Source of the DNA: Candidatus Tepidifontimicrobium thermophilum
GTDB taxonomy: Bacteria > Sysuimicrobiota > Sysuimicrobiia > Sysuimicrobiales > Sysuimicrobiaceae
Length of the DNA stretch: 22,360 bases
Direction of reading: 5' to 3'
NCBI GenBank assembly: GCA_031459915.1
Contig: JAVKHO010000027.1
Location: 1 to 22,360, forward strand
How positions within the stretch are numbered: position 1 is the first letter of the stretch; each line of letters starts with the position of its first letter. Below are positions 1-14,383 of the stretch, in pieces. The notes under the pieces are model-generated. The model was not told the DNA's origin. It was given only the letters and a program-made list of their open reading frames with translations, and ran no database searches. The position numbers and the translations under genes are program-made.

Positions 1-109
1 AGAGGTGGAGCTGATCAGCCCGATTGCGCTGGAGGAGGGGCTGCGGTTTGCGATCCGGGAGGGGGGCCGGACGGTGGGGGCCGGGGTGGTGACGAAGATC
101 CTGGAGTAG
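1..109 (+). CDS. tuf: Elongation factor Tu, 3' end (partial)
   Basis: Frame from base 2 reads [35 protein letters not shown], the conserved EF-Tu C-terminus. Stop TAG at 107-109. Confidence 0.98.
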   Translation, partial: EVELISPIALEEGLRFAIREGGRTVGAGVVTKILE

Positions 110-127
110 ACGGGAGGAGGCCGTGGC

Positions 128-280
128 ATGGCCCGCGAGATCATCACCCTGGCGTGTACGGTGTGCAAGCGTCGGAACTACGTGACCACCAAGAACAAGA
201 AGAACACCCCGGACCGCCTGGAGCTGTCCAAGTACTGCAAGTGGTGCCGCAAGCACACTCCACACCGCGAGACGAGGTGA
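128..280 (+). CDS. rpmG: 50S ribosomal protein L33, zinc-binding (C+) form, 50 aa; not in ORF track
   Basis: SD GGAGGAGG before ATG128. [50 protein letters not shown] has two CxxC motifs. Canonical tuf-rpmG position. Confidence 0.97.
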   Translation: MAREIITLACTVCKRRNYVTTKNKKNTPDRLELSKYCKWCRKHTPHRETR

Positions 281-287
281 GGCAGCC

Positions 288-461
288 ATGCGGGAGCGGG
301 ACCGGGAGCTGAGGCGCCGGCGGCACCGGCGGGAGAAGATCCGCAAGCTGCTCGCCCGGATTCAGGCCGCCAGGACCCGCGAGGAGAAGGAGCGGCTCGT
401 GCAGAAGGCCATCCGCATCGCCCCGTGGAGGGTGGCGGAGTTCCAGAAGTACCTCACGTGA
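288..461 (+). CDS. Small basic helical protein, 57 aa (resembles DUF6800-type proteins from memory); not in ORF track
   Basis: ATG 7 nt after the rpmG stop with GAGG-type SD. MRERDRELRRRRHRREKIRKLLARIQAARTREEKERLVQKAIRIAPWRVAEFQKYLT; 21 R/K versus 8 D/E. Almost all third codon positions are G/C, as in neighbouring genes. Confidence 0.85.
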   Translation: MRERDRELRRRRHRREKIRKLLARIQAARTREEKERLVQKAIRIAPWRVAEFQKYLT

Positions 462-501
462 CCGACCCTCGCCGGTCGCCCGGGGCGCCACCGCGGCCTC
501 C

Positions 502-1740
502 GTGACCCGACGGGCGGGGCCGGGCCGCCAGGGCCGCCCTTCGTCCACGGAACTGCAGGTCCTCCTGGGGCTCTTGATCAGCCTCGGGGCGTTCTCCGTG
601 GACGCCATGTTGCCCGCCCTGTCCAGCATGGCCGTCACCTTCGGCGTGAGCGAGACGCAGGCACAGCTGGTGGTGGGGGCGTACCTGCTGGGGTTCTCGT
701 GGGGGCAGCTCCTGTTCGGACCGCTCAGCGACGCCTGGGGCCGGCGGCCGGTCCTGCTGGCGGCGCTGGCCGTGTTCTGGGCCTCCAACGCGGCCATGCC
801 GTTTGTCCGCGACTTCGGAGTCCTGGTGGCGGCCCGGGCGGTGCAGGGCCTGCTGGCTTCCAGCCTGCGCACCGTGGGCACCGCATGGGTCCGGGACCGG
901 TACCGCGGCGAAGCCATGGCCCGCGTGATGGCGCTGGTGCAGAGCGTGTTCGTGGTCGCCCCGGTGGTGGCGCCGTGGGTGGGGGCGTACCTGGCCAGGC
1001 TCGGCTGGCCTGCGGTGTTCCTGTTCCTGGCGGCCACAGGCTGCGTCCTGTGGGGGTGGGCGCTGGTGAGGCTGGAGGAAACCCTGCCGGCCGCGGCCCG
1101 CAGGCCCCTGGCGTGGCGGCCCCTGTGGGAGGCTGCGGGGATCGTGGCCCGGACCCGGGAGAGCCTGGTGGGCGCCGGACTTCTGGCCCTCACGTACGGG
1201 ATGCTGTACGGGTACCTGGTCAGTGCCGCCCAGCTGTACAAGACGCACCTGGGCCTGTCCAACGAGGCGTTCGCCGCAGCCTTCGCGGGCACCGCCCTGT
1301 TCCAGCTGATGGCCATGGTCGCCACCCGCGCCCTGGTGGAACGTTTGGGGGTCCGCCGACTGGTGCGCACCGCCGCGGCGTACCTCTGCGCTGTGACGGC
1401 GCTGCTCCCGCTGCACGCGGGGGCTCGGGGGCCGGTGGGAGCCCTGTGGCTGCACCTGAGCCTGGCGTTCTTCGGGATCACGTTGACCTTCCCGAACGCG
1501 ACCAGCCTATCCCTGGAGCGTCTGGGCCACGTGGCGGGGTTCGCCAGCAGCGCCGTCGGCTTCGCCAGCACCTTTGTGGCCGGCCTGGTGGGCAACGCCC
1601 TGGGCCAGTGGTCCGGCGGACACCCGGTGCGGTTCGCGTGGGGCTGGGCGGCCCTCGGGGCACTGGTCCTGGTGACCAGCCGCTGGGCCGGTTGCCCGCC
1701 GGCGCACCGCGACCGTAAGATACGGTGCGGAGGGGCGTAG
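502..1740 (+). CDS. MFS drug:H+ antiporter, Bcr/CflA (DHA1) type
   Basis: Helix 1 motif AFSVDAMLPAL, motif A-like GPLSDAWGRRPVLL, motif B AARAVQG, about 12 hydrophobic segments. Start codon uncertain. Confidence 0.9.
   Translation: MTRRAGPGRQGRPSSTELQVLLGLLISLGAFSVDAMLPALSSMAVTFGVSETQAQLVVGAYLLGFSWGQLLFGPLSDAWGRRPVLLAALAVFWASNAAMPFVRDFGVLVAARAVQGLLASSLRTVGTAWVRDRYRGEAMARVMALVQSVFVVAPVVAPWVGAYLARLGWPAVFLFLAATGCVLWGWALVRLEETLPAAARRPLAWRPLWEAAGIVARTRESLVGAGLLALTYGMLYGYLVSAAQLYKTHLGLSNEAFAAAFAGTALFQLMAMVATRALVERLGVRRLVRTAAAYLCAVTALLPLHAGARGPVGALWLHLSLAFFGITLTFPNATSLSLERLGHVAGFASSAVGFASTFVAGLVGNALGQWSGGHPVRFAWGWAALGALVLVTSRWAGCPPAHRDRKIRCGGA
1692..1721 (+). promoter_or_regulatory. Putative sigma70 promoter for tRNA-Trp, inside the MFS 3' end
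   Basis: TTGCCC(1692-1697)-18 nt-TAAGAT(1716-1721), ending 9 nt before the mature tRNA 5' end. Confidence 0.5.
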
Positions 1741-1807
1741 CTCGAACGGCTAGAGCGCCGGTCTCCAAAACCGGAGGTTCCGGGTTCGAATCCCGGCGCC
1801 CCTGCCA
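1731..1807 (+). tRNA. trnW: tRNA-Trp (CCA) with encoded 3' CCA
   Basis: Acceptor stem AGGGGCG/CGCCCCT, D stem GCTC/GAGC, anticodon arm CCGGT-CTCCAAA-ACCGG, T arm CCGGG-TTCGAAT-CCCGG, end GCCA. Usual position between rpmG and secE. Confidence 0.98.
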
Positions 1808-1918
1808 GTTGACGGCCCACGCGGGAAGCCGCACCCGGAGCTTCGCATGCCTGCCACACTCCCGTGGTCTCCTGCCACGGGGCGCTCGGTGTACGCTAGG
1901 CACGAGGGGAGGTGGAAG

Positions 1919-2467
1919 GTGAGGGGACTCCTGGTCGTGGTCGCCGTGGCCCTGCTGGCGGCGGTTGCCCTGGCCCAGCCCCAGGCTCTCAGGACGGTGG
2001 CGGTGGCGCCGTTCTGGGACCTCAGTGCGGACGGGATCCAGGTGGACGCGGAGCGGATGAACCGGGACCTGTCCCGGCTCCTGGAACGGACCGGACGGTT
2101 CCACGTGGTCCCCGTGGACCGGGTGTCTGGAGCCATGCGGTCGCTGGGCTACTTCCCGTCGCAGCTGTTCCACCCGGCTCGGGCCCGCGAGGTCCGGGAG
2201 TTGCTGGGGGCGGACTGGCTGGTGGTGGGCCGGTGGACCCACCTGGACAGCACCGGGCACGGGGACGGTGAGCTCGACCTGCCCCGGAGGGGAGGCGGGG
2301 GTGCGGTGGCAGTGTTGGAGGTATGGGTTTGGGAGAGGGGCGCCAGCCGGCCGCGCTACGAGGCCACCTTCGACGCCTTCCGGCCTGCGGTGTCCGGTAC
2401 ATTGGGCCTGAGGGAGGCCGCGCAGGAGGTGCTCCGCAAAGCGGTCGCAGCCCTGGCCCGGCTGTAA
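1919..2467 (+). CDS. Secreted protein with probable CsgG/FlgO/TolB_N-like alpha/beta fold, 182 aa
   Basis: SD GGAGGT(1908-1913) supports GTG1919 rather than the ORF-track start at 1847. Sec signal peptide MRGLLVVVAVALLAAVALA|QP. Pattern TVAVAPF...LSRLLERTGRFHVV...ELLGADWLVVG is typical of that superfamily. Confidence 0.65.
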   Translation: MRGLLVVVAVALLAAVALAQPQALRTVAVAPFWDLSADGIQVDAERMNRDLSRLLERTGRFHVVPVDRVSGAMRSLGYFPSQLFHPARAREVRELLGADWLVVGRWTHLDSTGHGDGELDLPRRGGGGAVAVLEVWVWERGASRPRYEATFDAFRPAVSGTLGLREAAQEVLRKAVAALARL

Positions 2468-2501
2468 GCCGGGGTCGTGGGTACCAGACCCAGGGTGGCC
2501 C

Positions 2502-2530
2502 TTTACACGGTCCGGTGCGGTCCCTATAAT
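2502..2530 (+). promoter_or_regulatory. sigma70 promoter of secE-nusG-rplKA
   Basis: TTTACA(2502-2507)-17 nt-TATAAT(2525-2530), conspicuous in GC-rich context. Confidence 0.85.
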
Positions 2531-2598
2531 CACCGGGGCGCCCGCCAGGGGCGCCGTCTTGTGTTTGGACACAGTTTGCGATGGTGTGGAGGGGCCAG

Positions 2599-2868
2599 AT
2601 GGCCCGAGTCACGAACTTGATGCGGAAATCCGAAAAGGTGGCGCGACCCGCGGCCCGGCCGGCGGTCCGCAGGGGCCCGTCCGTGCTGGAGCGGGCCACG
2701 CGGTACCTGCGGGAGGTGCGGGCCGAACTGAACCGGGTCACCTGGCCCAGCCGCCAGGAGCTCATCGCCAGCACGGTGGTGGTGTTGGTGGTGGTGGGCG
2801 TGCTGTCCGCCTACCTGGGGGCGTGGGACGCCCTGTTCACGTGGCTGTTCCAGCGGGTGCTCCGGTGA
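2599..2868 (+). CDS. secE: Preprotein translocase subunit SecE (single TM)
   Basis: YLREVRAELNRVTWPSRQEL motif followed by one TM helix. SD GGAGGGG favours ATG2599. Confidence 0.95.
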   Translation: MARVTNLMRKSEKVARPAARPAVRRGPSVLERATRYLREVRAELNRVTWPSRQELIASTVVVLVVVGVLSAYLGAWDALFTWLFQRVLR

Positions 2869-3458
2869 CGGAGGAGCGGCAGGTTCCCACGGTCGAGGAG
2901 CCGGCGGAGGCAGCGGCCACCGTCCCCCGGGACCCGCGTCGCCGGTGGTACGTGATCCACACGTACTCGGGCTACGAGAACAAGGTGAAGACCAACCTGG
3001 AGAAGCGGGTCCAGTCCATGGGGATGCAGGAAAAGATCTTCCAGGTGCTCATCCCCACGGAGGATGAGATCGAGATCAAGGAAGGCAAGCGGCGCATCGC
3101 CAAGAAGAAGATCTACCCCGGCTACGTCCTGGTGGAGATGATCCTCGACGATGACTCCTGGTACGTGGTCCGGAACACGCCCGGGGTCACCGGCTTCGTG
3201 GGCGCGGGGAACCGGCCGGTCCCCCTGGAGGACGAGGAGGTCCGGGCCATCCTGGGGCAGGTAAAGGACGAGACCCCCAAGCTGCGCATCCACTACCACA
3301 AGGGCGACACGGTGCGGATCACCTCTGGCCCCTTCCAGGAGTTCACGGGCGTGGTGGACGAGATCCTGCCGGAGAAGGAGAAGGTCCGCGTCCTGGTGTC
3401 CATCTTCGGCCGGGAGACCCCTGTGGAGCTGGACTTCACGCAGGTGGAGCGCACGTAG
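2865..3458 (+). CDS. nusG: Transcription termination/antitermination factor NusG
   Basis: WYVIHTYSGYENKV, YPGYVLVEM, RNTPGVTGFVG, KOW and SIFGRETPVEL motifs. GTG start overlaps the secE stop (GTGA). Confidence 0.97.
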   Translation: MTEERQVPTVEEPAEAAATVPRDPRRRWYVIHTYSGYENKVKTNLEKRVQSMGMQEKIFQVLIPTEDEIEIKEGKRRIAKKKIYPGYVLVEMILDDDSWYVVRNTPGVTGFVGAGNRPVPLEDEEVRAILGQVKDETPKLRIHYHKGDTVRITSGPFQEFTGVVDEILPEKEKVRVLVSIFGRETPVELDFTQVERT

Positions 3459-3478
3459 CGGGTTCGAGGTGACGGCGC

Positions 3479-3901
3479 ATGAAGAAGGTCGTGGCGCAGG
3501 TCAAGCTGCAGATCCCCGCAGGTAAGGCGACGCCCGCCCCCCCGGTGGGCACCGCCCTGGGCCCGCACGGGATCAACATCATGGAGTTCTGCAAGGCCTA
3601 CAACGAGCGGACCGCCTCCCAGGTGGGGATGATCGTCCCGGTGGAGATCACCATCTACTCCGACCGGAGCTTCACCTTCGTCACCAAGACCCCGCCGGCC
3701 TCGGTGCTCCTGAAGAAGGCCGCGGGACTGGAGGTGGGCTCGCCGGAGCCCAATAAGAAGAAGGTCGGGCGGGTGACCCGCAAGCAGCTGGAGGAGATCG
3801 CCCGCCTGAAGATGCCCGACCTGAACACCACCTCCCTGGAAGCGGCGGTGCGGATGATCGAAGGCACCGCCCGCAGCATGGGGATTGAGGTGGTAGGCTG
3901 A
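3479..3901 (+). CDS. rplK: 50S ribosomal protein L11
   Basis: [20 protein letters not shown] and GTARSMG motifs. Confidence 0.99.
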   Translation: MKKVVAQVKLQIPAGKATPAPPVGTALGPHGINIMEFCKAYNERTASQVGMIVPVEITIYSDRSFTFVTKTPPASVLLKKAAGLEVGSPEPNKKKVGRVTRKQLEEIARLKMPDLNTTSLEAAVRMIEGTARSMGIEVVG

Positions 3902-3918
3902 GCTGCGGGTCTGTGCCA
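3890..3918 (+). promoter_or_regulatory. Putative L1-binding autoregulatory hairpin straddling the rplK stop
   Basis: GTGGTAGGCT...GGTCTGTGCCA resembles the GUGG(G/U)AGG-stem-CCG..ACCA L1 operator pattern and directly precedes the rplA SD (GGAGG 3919-3923). Confidence 0.45.
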
Positions 3919-3928
3919 GGAGGACGGG

Positions 3929-4648
3929 ATGGCGCGGCGAGGGAAGCGGTACGAGGACGCGGCGAAGCTGGTGGATCGCACACGGCTGTACGATCCCGAG
4001 GAGGCGGTGCGGCTGGTGAAGGCGGTCGCCCGCGCGAAGTTCGACGAGACGGTAGAAGTGGCCCTGCGTCTGGCTGTGGACCCCAAGCACGCGGACCAAG
4101 TGGTCCGGGGGACCGTGGTGCTGCCGCACGGCACGGGCCGGGCGGTGCGCGTGCTGGTGTTCGCCAAAGGGGACAAAGCCAAGGAGGCGGAGGCCGCGGG
4201 CGCGGACTACGTGGGCGCGGAGGACCTGATCCAGCGCATCCAGCAGGAGGGGTGGACCGAATTCGACGTGGCAGTGGCCACCCCTGACCTCATGGGGCAG
4301 GTGGGTCGCCTGGGCCGGATCTTGGGGCCGCGGGGACTCATGCCGAACCCCAAGGCGGGGACGGTGACCTTCGACGTGGGTCGGGCGGTCCGGGAGATCA
4401 AGGCCGGGAAGATCGAGTTCCGGGTGGACAAGGCCGGGATCGTCCACGCGCCCATCGGGAAGGCCTCCTTCTCAGAGCAGGCACTGCTGGAGAACTTCGC
4501 AGCCCTGCTGGACGCAGTGGTGCGGGCGCGGCCGGCGGCGGTGAAAGGGCAGTACATCCGCAGCATCGCCCTGAGCCCCACCATGGGACCTTCGGTGAGG
4601 GTGGATCCGGCCAGGGCGGCGGCGCTGGCGGCGGGCCGGGCCGCCTAG
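3929..4648 (+). CDS. rplA: 50S ribosomal protein L1
   Basis: [35 protein letters not shown] motifs. Confidence 0.99.
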   Translation: MARRGKRYEDAAKLVDRTRLYDPEEAVRLVKAVARAKFDETVEVALRLAVDPKHADQVVRGTVVLPHGTGRAVRVLVFAKGDKAKEAEAAGADYVGAEDLIQRIQQEGWTEFDVAVATPDLMGQVGRLGRILGPRGLMPNPKAGTVTFDVGRAVREIKAGKIEFRVDKAGIVHAPIGKASFSEQALLENFAALLDAVVRARPAAVKGQYIRSIALSPTMGPSVRVDPARAAALAAGRAA

Positions 4649-4674
4649 TCTCGAGCGCTGGCACTGTCGGTCCG

Positions 4675-4703
4675 TTGACCGGCCGGTCGCCAGCTGCTAG
4701 GAT
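4675..4703 (+). promoter_or_regulatory. sigma70 promoter of rplJL
   Basis: TTGACC(4675-4680)-17 nt-TAGGAT(4698-4703) with extended -10 TG. Confidence 0.85.
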
Positions 4704-4746
4704 AGCGGCCGTCGACAACTGAACAGTCCGGGCCACTGGCCCGGGC

Positions 4747-4866
4747 CGTCCGCAGACCGCAGGTCCCGTAAGGGTGAAAGGCCCGCTGGCCGCCTGCCGA
4801 GGACGTCCGGCCCACCCGCCCGGGTGGGCCCGCCGGCGCTCCGTCTGCGGGGCGCCGCTCGTTTTC
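4747..4866 (+). ncRNA. L10 leader (ribosomal protein autoregulatory RNA) with attenuator-like hairpin
   Basis: CGTCCGCAGACCGCAGGT...GCCTGCCGAGGACG (4747-4805) matches the L10-leader core. Hairpin 4834-4857 contains GTCTGCGG, complementary to CCGCAGAC(4750-4757), and is followed by CTCGTTTTC. Confidence 0.85.
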
Positions 4867-4936
4867 GGCCGAGCGGCCACTCAGGCGGGCGTGGATCGAC
4901 GGAGGTTCCAGGTTCCCGACGTGCGAGGGGTGCTGG

Positions 4937-5467
4937 ATGGCGAGGCCTGAAAAAGTCGAGGCGGTCCAGCGGCTGAAGGAGCAGCTGCGCCGGGCGCGGG
5001 GGCTGGTGCTCACCGACTTCCGCGGCCTGAGCGTGCCGGAGATGGAAGCCCTGCGGCTCCAGCTTCGGAAGGAAGGTGCCGAGTACCGGGTGGTCAAGAA
5101 CACCCTGTTGGGGATCGCGGCCTCAGAGCTGGGCCTGCACGGACTCCAGCAGTTCCTGCAGGGGCCCACGGGCATCGCGGTGGGCTACGACGACCCCACG
5201 GTACCCGCCCGGGTGGTTCACGAGTTCATCCGGCAGTACCGGAAGCTGGAGGTAAAAGGGGGGCTGGCGGAAGGCAGGGTCCTGGACCCCGCGGGGGTCC
5301 GGGCCCTGGCGGAGCTGCCGGGGCGGGACCAGCTGCTGGCGAAGGTGGCGGCGGGTCTTCAGGGCCCCCTCTACGGCGTGGTAGGGACCCTGGTGGGCCT
5401 GCAGCGGAAGTTGGTCTACGCCGTGGACCAGATCCGGAAGAAGCGGGAGGAGGTCCCCGGAGCCTAG
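4937..5467 (+). CDS. rplJ: 50S ribosomal protein L10
   Basis: DFRGLSV, YRVVKNTL, LAELPGRDQLLA motifs; follows the L10 leader. Confidence 0.98.
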   Translation: MARPEKVEAVQRLKEQLRRARGLVLTDFRGLSVPEMEALRLQLRKEGAEYRVVKNTLLGIAASELGLHGLQQFLQGPTGIAVGYDDPTVPARVVHEFIRQYRKLEVKGGLAEGRVLDPAGVRALAELPGRDQLLAKVAAGLQGPLYGVVGTLVGLQRKLVYAVDQIRKKREEVPGA

Positions 5468-5488
5468 GACACGGAGGAGGGAGCGGAG

Positions 5489-5872
5489 ATGGCGAAGCTG
5501 AGCACGGCGGAGATCGTGGAAGCGATCGGCAACCTCACGGTGCTGGAGCTGGCCGAACTGGTGAAGGCCCTAGAGGAGAAGTTCGGGGTGACCGCGGCAG
5601 CACCCGTGGCGGTCGCGGCGGCGCCCGCGGCAGCGGCCCCGGCCGCGGTGGAGGAGGAGCAGACGGAGTTTGACGTGATCCTGAAGGCGGCGGGGCCCAA
5701 CAAGATCCAGGTCATCAAAGTGGTCCGGGAGCTCACAGGGCTCGGGCTGAAGGAGGCGAAGGACTTGGTGGACGGCGCGCCCAAGCCCGTGAAGGAGAAG
5801 GTGTCCAAGCAGGAGGCGGAGTCCATCAAGGCGAAGCTCCAGGAAGTGGGGGCGGAGGTGGAGGTCAAGTAG
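5489..5872 (+). CDS. rplL: 50S ribosomal protein L7/L12
   Basis: [19 protein letters not shown], Ala-rich hinge, [17 protein letters not shown]. Confidence 0.99.
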   Translation: MAKLSTAEIVEAIGNLTVLELAELVKALEEKFGVTAAAPVAVAAAPAAAAPAAVEEEQTEFDVILKAAGPNKIQVIKVVRELTGLGLKEAKDLVDGAPKPVKEKVSKQEAESIKAKLQEVGAEVEVK

Positions 5873-5914
5873 GACGGCGGGGGGTTCCCCAGCCGCGCGG
5901 CAGGGCGGTCCCGG

Positions 5915-5944
5915 TTGACGGGACCTGCCCAGGCGTGCTATTTT
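5915..5944 (+). promoter_or_regulatory. sigma70 promoter of rpoBC
   Basis: TTGACG(5915-5920)-18 nt-TATTTT(5939-5944) with extended -10 TG. Confidence 0.7.
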
Positions 5945-6333
5945 GTTCTGCGATTTGCGGCTACAGGGACGAGCACCTGATCGAACCTTTCCCCCTGCGC
6001 TGGGTGTCTGTGGCCTGTTGGAGTCTTACGCAGGTCGGGAACTCGTTATCAGTGGGACGCCCGAACACCCCTCCGGGGTCGGGCTTTCCACTGTTTCCTT
6101 CTCCAGGCCCGCGGCGGGGCCTGGAGGTACGGGTCCGACCGGCCCCCGAGGCTGGGACGCGGGAGGCCGGAGCCGCTGCGTCCAGGAGCCTGTCCACGAT
6201 GCCTGCGATCCGTGGGACGGGCCGGGGACCCCGAAGGTCGTGCCAGCGATCCTCGGGGGGGTCTAGACCGTCCCCCGCTAGGCTCCCAACCTCGTAACGC
6301 TGGGAGAGGGACCGCCGGGAAACCGCTGACGAG

Positions 6334-6340
<7 letters not shown>
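5945..6340 (+). promoter_or_regulatory. Long structured 5' leader of rpoB
   Basis: Nested or consecutive stems: 5952-5959/6029-6036, 5960-5967/6007-6014, 6050-6093 followed by TTTCCTT, 6101-6126 and further GC hairpins. No credible ORF. Confidence 0.55.
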
Positions 6341-9756
<3,416 letters not shown>

Positions 9757-9773
9757 CGGAGGGGGAGGAAGCC

Positions 9774-13211
<3,438 letters not shown>

Positions 13212-13224
13212 GCGGCCCGCTTCC

Positions 13225-13995
13225 TTGAACGCCGCCGCCCTCACTTGGCGCGACTGGGAGTGGGACCCGCTGGGGGTGGCGGCGCTGCTGGCCGCCGCGC
13301 TGCTCTACCACCTGCACCCCCGGGTCCGCGCGACCCCCCGACACCGGCTCTGGTTCTGGTCCGGGCTGGCTTCCGTTGCCGTGGCGGTGCTCTCGCCCCT
13401 GGAGGCGGGAGCCCGCCTTTTGCTGTGGTTGCACATGGTCCAGCACCTGGTGTTGGTCCTCGTGGCCGGGCCGCTTTTGGCCGCCTCCTTGCCCGCTCCC
13501 TTCCTCGGCTGGCTGACCCGACGGCCCGTGCTGGGACCCGTGCTGTGGGTGCTGTGGAACCCGTGGGTGTCCACCGGCCTCTATAACCTGGTGATCCTGG
13601 CCTGGCACCTGCCGGCCCTGTACAACTGGGTCCTGCGGTCGGAGCTCGCGCACGCGCTGCAGCACGCCGGCTTTGTCGGTTCGGCGGTGGTGTTCTGGGG
13701 CGTGCTGCTGAGCCCGGCTCCCCGGAACCCCACGCGCGGGCAGCGCCTCGTGATGGTCGGGGTCAGCGCGGTCCTGCAGTTCGTCCCCGCCTTCGTGCTG
13801 TCGGTGGCCGACCGTGTGCTGTACGCCCCCTACCTGGAGGTTCCGCGCCTGTGGGGGTGGTCTGCTCTGGACGACCAGCGCTGGGCGGGGGTGCTCATGT
13901 GGGTAGGGATGAACCTGGCCTACGCCCTGACCGCCCTGTGGGTGGTCTGGCCGTGGCTGCGGTCCGGGGCAGTCCGCGGGATGGAGTCCGAGTAG
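13225..13995 (+). CDS. ctaG: Cytochrome c oxidase assembly factor, Caa3_CtaG family
   Basis: LSPL...HMVQHLVL..VAGPLL, WHLPALY, HALQH and DQRWAGVLMW motifs; multi-TM. TTG start without a clear SD, so start uncertain. Confidence 0.9.
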   Translation: MNAAALTWRDWEWDPLGVAALLAAALLYHLHPRVRATPRHRLWFWSGLASVAVAVLSPLEAGARLLLWLHMVQHLVLVLVAGPLLAASLPAPFLGWLTRRPVLGPVLWVLWNPWVSTGLYNLVILAWHLPALYNWVLRSELAHALQHAGFVGSAVVFWGVLLSPAPRNPTRGQRLVMVGVSAVLQFVPAFVLSVADRVLYAPYLEVPRLWGWSALDDQRWAGVLMWVGMNLAYALTALWVVWPWLRSGAVRGMESE

Positions 13996-14076
13996 CGCCG
14001 GCGAGAAACCCGTGTGATGGCCGTGGGGTTCGGCCCAACGCTGCGGGAGCCGCGGTGACGGGCGTGGCGCTGATGG

Positions 14077-14367
14077 CTAGAACAGCTGCGCGTCCAGGGC
14101 GAGCGCCACGAACAGGGCGAGTAGGAGGAGGGCGACGGGGACGCTGAACAGGGTGGCGACCACCGGCCGCTCCCACCGCAGGTGCATGAAGTACGCCATG
14201 ATGAGGGCGGCCTTGATCAGCGCCAGCACCACTAGACTCGTGATCAGCAGGCCCCGGGGGATGTGCAGGAGCGTGACCCCGATCTCCGCCACCGTCACCA
14301 CCAGGAGCCAGAACCAGGTCACCCCGTAGATGCCGTAGCCGTGCTGCGCGGGCTTGTGCTCCGACAT
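14077..14367 (-). CDS. Heme-copper oxidase subunit IV (CoxQ/CtaF-like)
   Basis: Three TM helices; LLVVTVAE and KAALIMAYFMHLRWE motifs; last gene of the cox operon. Confidence 0.92.
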   Translation of the reverse strand: MSEHKPAQHGYGIYGVTWFWLLVVTVAEIGVTLLHIPRGLLITSLVVLALIKAALIMAYFMHLRWERPVVATLFSVPVALLLLALFVALALDAQLF

Positions 14368-14383
14368 AGGCTGCCTCCCGAGG

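Noticed and set aside
1808..2500. Integrative element at tRNA-Trp
   Set aside because: No integrase and no duplicated tRNA 3' end (att site) found downstream; only one gene lies before secE.
2537..2573. Two small hairpins in the secE leader (GGCGCCC/GGGCGCC and TGTGT/ACACA)
   Set aside because: Short, match no motif I recognise and expected by chance or as simple 5' stabilisers.
5935..6297. ORFs 5935-6297 and 5943-6266 upstream of rpoB
   Set aside because: Starts fall within the predicted promoter, no SD, Pro/Arg/Gly-rich low-complexity products; region is better explained as a structured leader.
13996..14076. Bidirectional intrinsic terminator between ctaG and subunit IV
   Set aside because: Only short GC stems with no U-tract on either strand; cannot support a terminator call.
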